Of a stretch of 64,000 bases of DNA, positions 30,552-40,758 are shown in pieces. Where the stretch lies: NCBI GenBank assembly GCA_977017575.1, contig CDRNVI010000046.1, forward strand, positions 1 to 64,000. Reading direction: 5' to 3'. The translations under genes were made by a program, and so were the position numbers. This stretch comes from Paramoeba atlantica (taxonomy: Eukaryota; Protista; Discosea). Below the pieces are notes generated by a model that was not told the origin of the DNA, did not search any database, and was given only the letters and a program-made list of their open reading frames with translations. Numbering within the stretch: position 1 is the stretch's first letter; each line of letters begins with the position of its first letter.

Positions 30552-32849
30552 TCAAAAATCCATGAAAAAATCCAAATTTGATCCACTGTCAAGTCGCCGA
30601 GTTGCTTTTTTAAAATCTGGTGACGTTTTCCTCGAAGAGGCTTTAATCCGCCCGGGTGCGGGATGGCTTACTGACGTAGCGGTGATTTTGGAAGTGACTG
30701 ACGTGCTCAAGGGTTTATGGAGAATTTGCTTACTGACGTGATGAGTGGTTGCCGGCGTACGCACGGAAGCAACACGGTCTCTACGGTGTACGATAGGACA
30801 CAAGTTCGACGCTTCTTTCAGACTTTTTCCGGATGCAAAACCGTTGCCTATACTTTCTCGCCGCAAAGAATTAAGTCGCTTTTCTAAGTCGAGCTGCGTA
30901 ACAGGCGTTTCTCGCTTTTCGGGCATAACTTCGGCTTTTGATGGGATTTGAAAAGTGATATTTTTCGATGAGTTAGATGCCATACCGGGCGATGTCGTCT
31001 TTTCTTTACGAATCTCGCTGGGACTGCGGAAAAGAGAACGAGCCGTGCTTATGGCTTGTGCTCGAAATGCAGAAGGAGAAGCTGATGCCTTGTTCTCGCA
31101 AATTGAATTCTTCTCTGGCAAAGCAGATTGTAGCCCAGCACCGGCTTCAGGAGTCCGAGACAGGCTTGCAGCAGGGGGGGTCGGCGGTGGAATAGTAAAG
31201 TTGACTTTAGGGGCATCCTTCTTTAAATTGTACGGTGGAACCACGGGAGCACCTGGGCATTCGATACAATCACTTAAGTTTTGTTGCACGGATTCGAGCG
31301 ATGTAGCACACTTTGACTCTAGAAGTGCTGGGCTTCGGATTCGTTTCTTCGTATAGTCAGAGACTTTGATTGTGGGTACATGTTCTGTGAGTATTGACAT
31401 TGCATTCGACTTCCCCAAACGTTTTTGAAGAATTTCTAGACTTTTCTTAACCTCACAATTTGCTTCCAGTGCGCTACGCTGTATGTTAAAGTTGCCTTTA
31501 TAAAGGATAAGGCTTTCATGCTCCTCGTTTGAAATTTGAACACGTTCCTGAAACTCGCGTGAGAGCGTGAAGCTCACCTGGTTCATGTACTGCAGGGAAG
31601 ACTGTGCTATCCACTCACGACAGTGCTCCTCTTCGCATCTCAGCCCAAAAAGAATTCGCTGCATCTCTTTTTCCCTTCGCACTTCGCGCTTGCGTCTCAG
31701 CGCATCGCAATGTTTCTTGTGACAATTTAATTCAATTTTCTGCTGGGTACTATATTCTTCTTCCAATGACTTCAGTTTCGCACTGCAATTTATAACAGCG
31801 TCTTGTTTATTGAATACATATCGCACGATGTGCAATAACTTTTTAGCGTTTTCGAAAGAAGCCTCCTGAGCTGTGCGAGAACTGTTGCATAGACCTCCAA
31901 TTTGCTTTGACCATTTTTCTAGCACGCCTGACGTTAGCACTTTGTTAATCGTGTTCTCGAGAAAGATCATCTCCTCATGAAAACAGCTTTTCGTCGCCAT
32001 CAAACTTTTGCAATGCTCTTCTTCGTGCGCGAGAGCCGTCTGTAGACAAAGCTGTTCATCCCTTTTCCCTTTAAGAGAAATCTCGAGATCTGCAATGTCC
32101 TCCTTTTTCAAAGCTCGTCTCTCAGGAAAATTTGAAATAAATTTTTGAAGGGGAATAGACTCTCTCTGAATGAGGTTAATTTCAGCGTAAATTACATCAA
32201 ATGAAGAGAACTTATTTTGAGCTTTCACAGAGCCCCTCTCATTACCCTCGCGTAGGACCAATATAACTTTGTCAATTTTCCCCAATTCTTTTTCCAAACC
32301 GTCGTTTCGGACCTTTTGCCTGTGCAGAGCTTCTGTGACACGTTTCACGTCGTACGTAAGAATAAGCTGACTAAATTTCAACACCTGTAAATATTTAACA
32401 GCTTCAATAATACCTCTACGCTTTTCTTCCGCTCGGTGGTACTGCATTTTTTGATTTTGAATTTGAGACTCCAATTCCAAGGCAGAAAAAATCGTCATTA
32501 TGTGCTGTACACGAGCTTCAGCGCTAGCTCGTAAGCTTTCAATGGAAGAACATATATTATGTGCTGCCTCGTCTTGTTCCATATGTAAACTCAACTGCAG
32601 CTCCAACTTTGTAAGATTTTGCTGAGTCCGTTCACTGGAGAGATTATTGTAATATATCCCCTCTTTAAGCTCATTACCTTTGCAGCATAGCTCTTCATGT
32701 AGATCCTGTGCCTTAAACAGAGCCTCACGAAACAGACGGTTGAGGTTTCGAGACTTCAGTTCAATTTCTTCTTGAACCGCAGTTTGAGCAGCGTTTTGTT
32801 GCAGCAGACTGGTAGTACACTGTTCTAAAAACTGGAAACTGTTTAACAT
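30552..32849 (-). CDS. Hypothetical coiled-coil protein
   Basis: 765-aa ATG ORF on the coding strand; E/K/Q-rich N-terminal two thirds, S/P-rich tail. Confidence 0.8.
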   Translation of the reverse strand: MLNSFQFLEQCTTSLLQQNAAQTAVQEEIELKSRNLNRLFREALFKAQDLHEELCCKGNELKEGIYYNNLSSERTQQNLTKLELQLSLHMEQDEAAHNICSSIESLRASAEARVQHIMTIFSALELESQIQNQKMQYHRAEEKRRGIIEAVKYLQVLKFSQLILTYDVKRVTEALHRQKVRNDGLEKELGKIDKVILVLREGNERGSVKAQNKFSSFDVIYAEINLIQRESIPLQKFISNFPERRALKKEDIADLEISLKGKRDEQLCLQTALAHEEEHCKSLMATKSCFHEEMIFLENTINKVLTSGVLEKWSKQIGGLCNSSRTAQEASFENAKKLLHIVRYVFNKQDAVINCSAKLKSLEEEYSTQQKIELNCHKKHCDALRRKREVRREKEMQRILFGLRCEEEHCREWIAQSSLQYMNQVSFTLSREFQERVQISNEEHESLILYKGNFNIQRSALEANCEVKKSLEILQKRLGKSNAMSILTEHVPTIKVSDYTKKRIRSPALLESKCATSLESVQQNLSDCIECPGAPVVPPYNLKKDAPKVNFTIPPPTPPAASLSRTPEAGAGLQSALPEKNSICENKASASPSAFRAQAISTARSLFRSPSEIRKEKTTSPGMASNSSKNITFQIPSKAEVMPEKRETPVTQLDLEKRLNSLRRESIGNGFASGKSLKEASNLCPIVHRRDRVASVRTPATTHHVSKQILHKPLSTSVTSKITATSVSHPAPGRIKASSRKTSPDFKKATRRLDSGSNLDFFMDF

Positions 32850-32971
32850 AATACGGTGTATGTAATAAAAAAGAAAGTCAAGATACGATGAAATTCATTG
32901 AACCAATTATATCCATGATTCATTTAATTCACAATGATATTACACGTGAATAGCCAAAGTGCAACATTGTG

Positions 32972-33700
32972 CTACGTGCATGCGCGCATGTTTTCGACAT
33001 ACTCTTCGTATAGCTCTGAAAGAATTTTTCGTAGCAGGAAAGGGTTTAAACCCATGACCCCTTCTCTAGAGCCCTCAAGACGAACTACACACTTTTCCAA
33101 ATCTGCATCCTCAATTACAAACCCACCACTACATTGCATGGATACCCCTCTTGCCAATAGAGTTTGAATAGTAGCATTGGGAATATCTCCGAAATGAACG
33201 CGATTTATGTCTTGAATGTATCTTGCACTACGCTGTTCATCAGAAGACTTAAAATTGTGCATACCATTGAGATCAACTCTTTCGACACACATCCCACCAA
33301 TTGTTTCTAGAAAGCTATTTCGATAATCACTAAGAAATTCTTCGTTTTGATTGCGGTCCAAAGGTTTTTCACGAATCACGCCTTCAAAAACAGTAACTTG
33401 ATCCCCGGTTACAAGGAAAACGATGTTATCACCATGTAACTTTCTTTGACCACTTGACAATTCATTTCGCAATATCTCCTTTACGGCGCTCAATTTTGCA
33501 TAGCTAATCATTTTTACCAATTCCTCAGCACTATCACTACGAATAAGTTTCTCGTTTATATTGGGAGAAATGCATTCTATAGCGGGAATCTCTTCCAATG
33601 TAAAATGCTGACGAATAATTCCAAGACGAAAAGGTGAGCTAGACCCTAGAATTAGTTTTAACTTGTCGGGGACGTTTACTCCATGTGAAGATTCCGCCAT
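32972..33700 (-). CDS. maf: Maf-family nucleoside triphosphate pyrophosphatase
   Basis: LILGSSSPFRL, PNINEK.IR, GDQVTVFEG.IREKP, GGF..E..D, EG....VMGL. Confidence 0.9.
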   Translation of the reverse strand: MAESSHGVNVPDKLKLILGSSSPFRLGIIRQHFTLEEIPAIECISPNINEKLIRSDSAEELVKMISYAKLSAVKEILRNELSSGQRKLHGDNIVFLVTGDQVTVFEGVIREKPLDRNQNEEFLSDYRNSFLETIGGMCVERVDLNGMHNFKSSDEQRSARYIQDINRVHFGDIPNATIQTLLARGVSMQCSGGFVIEDADLEKCVVRLEGSREGVMGLNPFLLRKILSELYEEYVENMRACT

Positions 33701-34381
33701 GACACAATAAATTAATATCTGCTTCAAAAAATTATTTTAAGATTATTTTTTTGTACTACTCCCTAAACCCCCGCCCATATTTTAAGAATTTTTAGGTTCT
33801 TCGTTAAGCGCGGCGACGTAATGGGTAGAGAATACGTCTCCGACCACACCATTTATCCGACACAAAAAGACTCCTTTGGGTCCCAAAATTACTTTTTCAC
33901 CTTTTTCGGTCAAAAATGGGTCATTTTGGGAGGCGCCCCCGTAGCAGAAGTTAATTGCGGTGGTTGTAAAACTACCGCTCTACCCTCGATTATTGAAAAA
34001 AAAGTGAACAAAAACAGTGAAAATATAAAGAGGAACACAGTAATATAATAGAAGAAAAAAATATAAAAGGGGGCTCCGGTGGTCCAAAACTGAAAAAAAA
34101 ATTGAAAAAAATGTGGGGTCTAGGGGGGGGTCCAGGGGGGGGTCATGGTCGAGCAAATTTTTTCGAAAACCGCAGAAAGGGTAGCCGGGGTCTTGACGCG
34201 CATTTTCCACCCCCCTACCCGGGGGTGACCCCCCCGCGTATCCGCAGGACGGGTCCGCCAAGTTCGGATTTTTTCGGAAAAAAAAATTGAAAAAAAGTTC
34301 AACTTGGAGAAAAAAATGGCAAAAAAAATATTTTTCCAAAATCATTTCCCCTATTGTATTTTGATAGTTTGGGACCTACAC

Positions 34382-35411
34382 TAGCTTTCTCCGCAGCTGT
34401 TTTCGCAAGCTTCTTCGAACCGTGGTGGGCCCCTCAAAATGACCCATTTTTGACTAAAAAAGGTGAAAAAGTATTTTTCAGACCCAAAGGGGCATTTTTG
34501 TGTCGAAAGAATGGTATGGTTGGAGTCGCATTCTCTACGCAATACGTTCGGTAGGCTTCCATTCATGCCTACGAGTGATTTCCCACGCGCAAAGGTCGGA
34601 TTTAGTGCTCTGAGAGCAAAAATATGCGAAAATCACCCCATTTTTATCCGAAAATCGGCTATTTTCGGCTATAATCTTTCCGTTTTCCAGGCCAAATTTT
34701 CTTTTGTGGGCTCTTCGTTAAACGCGGTGGTTGTTTTCAACGCGAAGCGCGCAGCATGAGTGACTTCTAAGTTGAAAACAACCACCACGTTTAACGAAGA
34801 GCCCAAAAAAGAAAATTTGTCTTGGAAAGCTGAAGAAAACGGAAAGAATATAGCCAAAAACAGCCGAATTTCGTGTAAAAATGGGATCATTTTTGCGTAT
34901 TTTTGCTCTCAGAGCACTAAATCTGATATTTGCGCGTGGGAAATCACTAGTACGCGTGAAGTAAAGCCTACTGAACGTAATGGGTATAGAATGCGACTCC
35001 AACCACACCATTCTTTCGACACAGAAAGGCCTCTTGGGGTCCAAAAAATACTTTTTCGCATTTTTTAGTCAAATATGTGACGTTTTGGGAGGCCTACCAC
35101 GGCTCGAAGAAGGGATACATTGCGAAAACAACGGCGTAGAAAGCTAATACCCAGAGTAAAGTGGACGAGGGAGATACCAAGTGTAGGTGCGGAGGTTTCC
35201 ATAGGACAAATGGCATCTCTACCTTTATAGGCGCTTGCCTTCATGCCATAAGGGAGATACCGTTTTTCCTGTGGAAAACTCCGCACCTACACTTGGTATC
35301 TCCCTCGTCCACTTTACCCTGGGTATTAGCTTTCTACGCCGTTGTTTTCGCAAGGTATGCCTTCTTCGAGCCGTGGTAGGCCTCCCAAAATGTCACATAT
35401 TTGACTAAAAA
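34382..35411. repeat. Chained long imperfect palindromes (fold-back array)
   Basis: 34382-35148 is an inverted repeat centred on the hairpin core at 34709-34803. 35063-35411 is a second inverted repeat that reuses the outer part of the right arm. Confidence 0.85.
35150..35323. mobile_element. Fold-back MITE (CCCAG...GGAGATAC family), TA-flanked
   Basis: TA|CCCAGAGTAAAGTGGACGAGGGAGATACC...GGTATCTCCCTCGTCCACTTTACCCTGGG|TA. Confidence 0.8.
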
Positions 35412-36546
35412 ATGCCAAAAAGCCGACTTTTCGTTGAGTCCTCAACGAACTTCCGGATTTTCGTTGAGATCTCAACGAACGTACCCCCAACGCAATATTT
35501 TTTTTACCATTTTTTTCGCCAAGTTGAATTTTTGTTTTAAACATTTTTCCGAAAAAACCCGAACTTGGCGGACCCGTCCTGTGGATACGAGGGGGGGGTC
35601 ACCCCCGAGTAGGGGGGTGAAAAATGCGCGTCAAGACCCCGGCTACCCCTTCTGAGGTTTTTTTTCGAAATATATTTTTTTCAAGAAAATTTGCTCGACC
35701 ATGACCCGCCCCTAGATCCCCCATTTTTTTCAAATTTTTTTCCCCGTTTTTTTTGAATTTTTCAGTTTTGGACCACCGGAGCCCCGTTTTATATTTTTTT
35801 CTTCTATTACTGTGCCCCCCACCCCCACTTATAATGCCGCGGTTTTCGACCAAACGGCACTATAAGTGGGGGGGGGCAGTATATTTCAGGTCGATTCTAT
35901 TAAATTCGATTTATTTTTCACAGAGTGCATTTTTTTCAAAATTGGTACATTTGTTGGTGATTCGTGACGAAGAAGCACTGCCCCCTGTGCTTACCTTCCT
36001 CCCGCGCATGCCCCGAGACGCGCACGGCACTCGTGATCGATTAAGAGCGACTTAACTCCTATAAGACACTCGCAAAACTTCATAAACTTAACCCCAGGTC
36101 CATCATTGAAATTTTTCGCTTTTTTCCTGAAGATTAACCTTACCTTCCGGGACTATAGTAAGCGTTTACTTTTGGTCAAGGAGGCTAAAGGGCATATGAC
36201 TGAATACTACAGATTACTTTGCACTCCTTTTCCACGTTTTCTGATCTACTTTACTACTGTTCTTCATCCGAAACATTCGAAAAAATACACCCAAAAAAGT
36301 TGTAATTAGCTTTTTTGACCCCTACCTGGCTAGGGGGGGGTAGAGAGTCGCTCGAGTGAAAAGGACCTCGGATTCGGAACGATTGGGTCGAAAAACGGTG
36401 GTATACCAAATATTTCCAAAATCGGACAAAATACAAGACCTGTAGGGGGGGGGGTAAAAGCTTTCTACGCCGTTGTTTCCACAAGATACCCCTTCTTGAA
36501 GCCGTGACACGTCTCCCAAAATGACGCCCCCCAAAATAGGTGTCCT

Positions 36547-36606
36547 GGCAAAACCAGGCAAAACTTGGCAAAACCCGGCAAAACTTGGCAAAACCCGGCA
36601 AAACTT
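36547..36606 (+). repeat. 10-bp tandem repeat GGCAAAACYY x6
   Basis: Directly visible. Confidence 0.9.
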
Positions 36607-36823
36607 AACAAGTTTCAACCCTCTTACTCTACCTTTTTGGTCAAAAAAAATAGGTCAATTTTTCGGACATTTTTTTTTCCAAAACGGCACTATAAGTGGG
36701 GGGGCACAGTATGTTACTGTGTTCCTCCTTATATTTTCACCGTTTTTGTTCACTTTTTCAATATTCGAGGGTAGAGTGGTAGTTATACAACCACCGCAAT
36801 AAGGGATACTAATTAAGGAAAGT

Positions 36824-37234
36824 GTAGTTGGCAGACGGTGGGCCTTATAACCTGCAGGATGGGGGTTCGATTCCCGCTATCGACAAAACTCGCAACCTGG
36901 CGGCCTCACTACAAAGGGAAAGCGACCAGGAGTGCCTTCAAGGCCCACACCCAACCCCGCTCCCCTGGAGTAACGACCCGGAACCGCAGAGCTGAACCAG
37001 GCTCCAGCGCAGCCGCTAAATTGCGAGCTGCTTACGCAAAGGAGGCTTGAGACACAGCCTACACGATGCAACGGGGTTAGAAGCCCGTCCTGGTAGCTAC
37101 GGTTGGGTAGCCGTTCTCGGGCCGCAAGGCGTCGAGTGCGTCTGGGAAGGGGGTAGCAAGACGAGGAAGGTCGGTGACCTGAGACTCTACCCTAACGGTT
37201 GGCGCTGCATAGCCCTCCGTGTCTTTTTTTTTTT
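36824..37234 (+). ncRNA. tRNA-headed structured Pol III-type RNA / SINE, apparently complete copy
   Basis: A-box-like GTAGTTGGCAGA, B-box 36864-36875, ~340-nt GC-rich hairpin-rich body, T11 run at 37224-37234. Confidence 0.6.
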
Positions 37235-37269
37235 GAAAATCATTTTCCCTTAATCAGTGTAATTCTTAA

Positions 37270-37459
37270 CCCAGGCTAAAATGGAACGGGGAGATACTAA
37301 AGGCAGCTTTGGAAAACCACCACAAAACTGGAACGGTATCTCCCGTTAAATATTCTTTTGTTACATCAGAATGCTCTACAAACCGGGAGATACCGTTCCA
37401 GTTTTGTGGTGGTTTTCCAAAGGTGCCTTTAGTATCTCGCTCGTCCACTTTAGCCTGGG
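37270..37459. mobile_element. Fold-back MITE (CCCAG...GGAGATAC family)
   Basis: ~75-bp inverted arms CCCAGGCTAAAATGGAAC...GGTATCTCCCG / CGGGAGATACC...TTTAGCCTGGG. Confidence 0.8.
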
Positions 37460-37464
37460 TCTAA

Positions 37465-37725
37465 AAGTGCTTCTGTTGAAAAAGGGGCGGAGTCGGAGGA
37501 GGAGTATTTTTCTTGTGTTTTTCTTATGTTTTTCGGAGCACAAATGCCGTGATAGCCTTCTTGAATCTACTTCAATATCGCAAGCGCTGCAAAGTATGGC
37601 GCTTCCCTGTGTTTGAAAACTTTCATGGCCACTTTTAGCTAAAAGTGCTTCTGTTGAAGAAGAGGCGGGGTCGGAGGAAGTATTGCTTTTATGTTTTTCG
37701 GAACACAAATGCCGTGATAGCCTTA
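37465..37725 (-). pseudogene. Tandem C2H2-type zinc-finger fragment
   Basis: ILCSACDIEVDSRRLSRHLCSEKHKK plus a second partial LSRHLCSEKHKS, in a ~160-bp direct duplication. Confidence 0.5.
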
Positions 37726-38991
37726 TATACTAGGTCCCAAAATATAAAAATACAATAGGGCAGACGATTTTGGGAAAATATTTTTTTTGCCATTTTTTTC
37801 GCGAAATTGATATTTTTTTGAAAAAAAAATCTGAAAACCGAACTTGGCGGACCTGTCCTGCGGATACGCGGGGGGGTCACCCCCGGGCATGGGGGTGAAA
37901 AATACGCGCCAAGACTCCGGATACCCCTTCTGAGGGTTTGTTTCGAAAGGGAAGTGTTAGAGTGAAGTGTTAGAGTGAAAGGGAAGTGTTAGAGTGCGGC
38001 GATGATTTTTCACCCCTGATTGGTATTAAACCAGTTTCACCGGCATTTTTTTCTTCTATTATAATTTTTTTTTACAGTGTTCCTCTTTATACACTGTATT
38101 TTCACTGTTTTTGTTCACTTTTTTTTCAATAATCGAGGGTAGAGCGGTAGTTGTACAACCGCCGCAATACTGTCACCCCCCCCTTTATACTTCCGCCGGT
38201 TTCGGTACTTTTGGAAATATAAAGGGGGGGGTCTGACTTTCGGAAGTATAAAGGGGGGGGGGGTATGATTTTTTGAAAAATCCGCGGAACAAATCTTTTT
38301 GAAAAAGGATTTTTCAAAAAATCCTTCGCGGCGCTGGTTTCCTATTATTCTAGCTAAAAATCAATCACCTAATCTCTAAACACGCAGGGTATAATGTTTG
38401 CTTTCGTGTTCCTCTTGCACACAATCAACATACGCTGCATACTACGCTGTAATGAATACGTGTCGGTACGAGCTACCATTAGAAGCTTCATGGGACAGTC
38501 TTTTAAACGATGTACATTCGCCTTTGCTGCAGCAGGCGCATGTCCGCGCTGGCTGTCATCCCGCCCAGTTCGCCAAGGAGTAGTTCGTTAATTTTTTTGC
38601 ATCTCGACATGTTTGTCCTTGTGCAAACCCCATCGCGCTTGCGACCACGATAGATTTACTTTTTTCTGGAAAAATCCGACACCATTTTTCCGGATGGAGC
38701 GGATGGTTCGAGATCAGACGCCGTACTTCTCGTTGATTTGTTGAGCACTGTTACTCGAATGACATACTCGAATGTACATGCAACTTCTCCTATATTGTTG
38801 AGTTCTTTCCTCCCTGAGGTGAACCGGCGGACACTGGTAATGTCGCAGGCTCGCGCTTGAAACTATTATTTCGTTGGGAGGTCCAACGCGATGAAGAGGG
38901 GGATAATGCTTAACGCACTGTGAGTAATGGCATGGGAAAAAATACGGAAAATAATTTACATGTATATCTAGCAATATCTCTACACACATCT

Positions 38992-39489
38992 CTAACTTTT
39001 ACAAAAAAATTGTAGAATTTTGTTACAAAAAAAAAATTGCGTTTCATCCGTGAAAAGTACACGGCCCCAGTCGGCGTGCGTCCAATGCTCGTACTTTCTT
39101 GCAAAAGCAAGACGTAGAGCCTTGTGACGTTTCGTAAGGTAGGGCTTCTTGACCCTCTTCTTTCCCTTCATACCACGCTTACGAAGGGAAACCCGAATGG
39201 TTTCCGGGCAAACATCCGCAATACCTTCGTCTCTCAACCTTTTGCTGGCGGCAACTGCGTCTTTTGTGGCGCCGCTAGTGATGAGACGGCGGATGCGCCT
39301 AGGGCAAGTATCACTCAGCTTACGTGGGCGACCGGTTGGTCGTCTAGATAGCGATGGAAGATATTTATTTTTAATGCGGCTGACATTTCCTACGCTTAAG
39401 TTTAAATCGGCGGCCACTCTACGAAGTGAAGATCCGTTTTCAAGGTTTTCAATAGCAATCTTTCGTAAATAACTCGGTGTACTGTGCAT
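38992..39489 (-). mobile_element. Tc1 transposase, N-terminal half (HTH domains to first catalytic D)
   Basis: SLRRVAADLNLS...TGRPRKLS...TIRVSLRKRGM...KKPYLT...RLAFA...WGRVLFTDET, then breaks off. Confidence 0.93.
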
Positions 39490-39550
39490 AGTAGAACAAA
39501 GATCTACAATAGGAGAATAAAACCAAGTTGCTCTATTTACTACATTACTT

Positions 39551-39985
39551 ATGCACAGTACACCGAGTTATTTACGAAAGATTGCTATTGAAAAACTTGA
39601 GGAGTACGTTCAAATACTGCAACAAAATTTGCCCCCTTCCCTACAAAAGCTGAGTGTCACGAAGGATCGGATCGTCTTCCAACAGGATAACGATCCGAAG
39701 CACACGAGTAAGAAGACTCGCGATTTTTTAAATTCGCAGGAGCTGTGTGTGCTTGACTGGCCCCCTCAGTCTCCCGACTTAAACCCCATAGAAAACCTAT
39801 GGGTTGAACTGAAAAAGGCAACGGCAGATTACCCCGACCCACCCGCAGGAATGATCGAGTTATGGGAACGGCCCCAAAAAGCATGGGCGAAAGTTCCTCC
39901 AAGTGCATGCCTCCCTCTTGTCCAAAGCATGCCCCGTCGTTTGAGGGCAGTCATCAGGGCGAAGGGGGGACTTACTAAGTATTAA
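39551..39985 (+). mobile_element. Tc1 transposase, duplicated start fused to C-terminal half (DD34E)
   Basis: MHSTPSYLRKIAIE, then FQQDNDPKH...WPPQSPDLNPIENLW...VIRAKGGLTKY; 34 residues between D and E. A TIR-like end GAACACTTTTTTGAGTTACTG|TA lies at 40249-40271. Confidence 0.93.
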
Positions 39986-40758
39986 GTCTAAACCATTTTG
40001 GTCCATTAAGGGTGAAGCAATAGAACGTTTTCCTATAAAAAAACGTGTCCGAAAAAAAGTCAAAAAAGTGTTCATATGTTGGACTGACATTATATCTTTC
40101 ATAGTTTTTCGTAGTAAGATCGTTGATGAACTCAAAGTACGTGGGGATATAAGCACTACCCCAGCCTACACTACTACCATATACTACGGCATTATCCTCT
40201 GATTGTCTTTGGTAAAAAATAAAAACATTAAAAAATGTCGAAACATTCGAACACTTTTTTGAGTTACTGTATGTCCCGTATGTACCGCTCCTAAAAATAT
40301 TGAGGAGATATCTCGTGCATTTAAGGAAAAGCTGAGTGCCGTGGGTATCAATGTGGAAAGCGCACAACGGGTTTGCTGCACATACAGCAAATACCGGTTG
40401 TGCATGAAACAGCTGACTTCCAATGATGTCGCCCAAATTCTTTGGCAAGTAGCTACGTGGAAAAAAAATGGGGCCGCAAGATGCCTATACTCGTGCATCA
40501 CGTTTCCTCGCGCTTTATCATTTCAAGACAGCTCTTCATCCTGACGATGAGCGTCCCATGTCTCTCCTCATTAAGAACATGTGGCGAGCTCTGGATGAAC
40601 AAGGAAAGTCTGCCTTATCGGCCGAGCGTGCAGAATTTGCGAGGGTCCTCCGAGAGAAGGTTCATCAGATAGACAAAAAAGTAAAGATTAAGATTCCATG
40701 TCTCGGTCGCGTCAAAGGTTTGGATTTGGAAAGTATGTCTCCACAAGAGACCCTAGAC

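Noticed and set aside
36958-36970. Telomerase-template idea (CCCCTGGA complementary to the TCCAGGGG repeat)
   Set aside because: Only an 8-nt match, it lies within a stem, and the repeat is not telomeric.
37162-37190. RNase P RNA-like GGAAGGTC..CTGAGACT motif
   Set aside because: I could not find the complementary P4 partner or the other conserved regions.
38390-38990. Possible degraded coding fragment
   Set aside because: Frames are interrupted by stops and I could not assign any motif.
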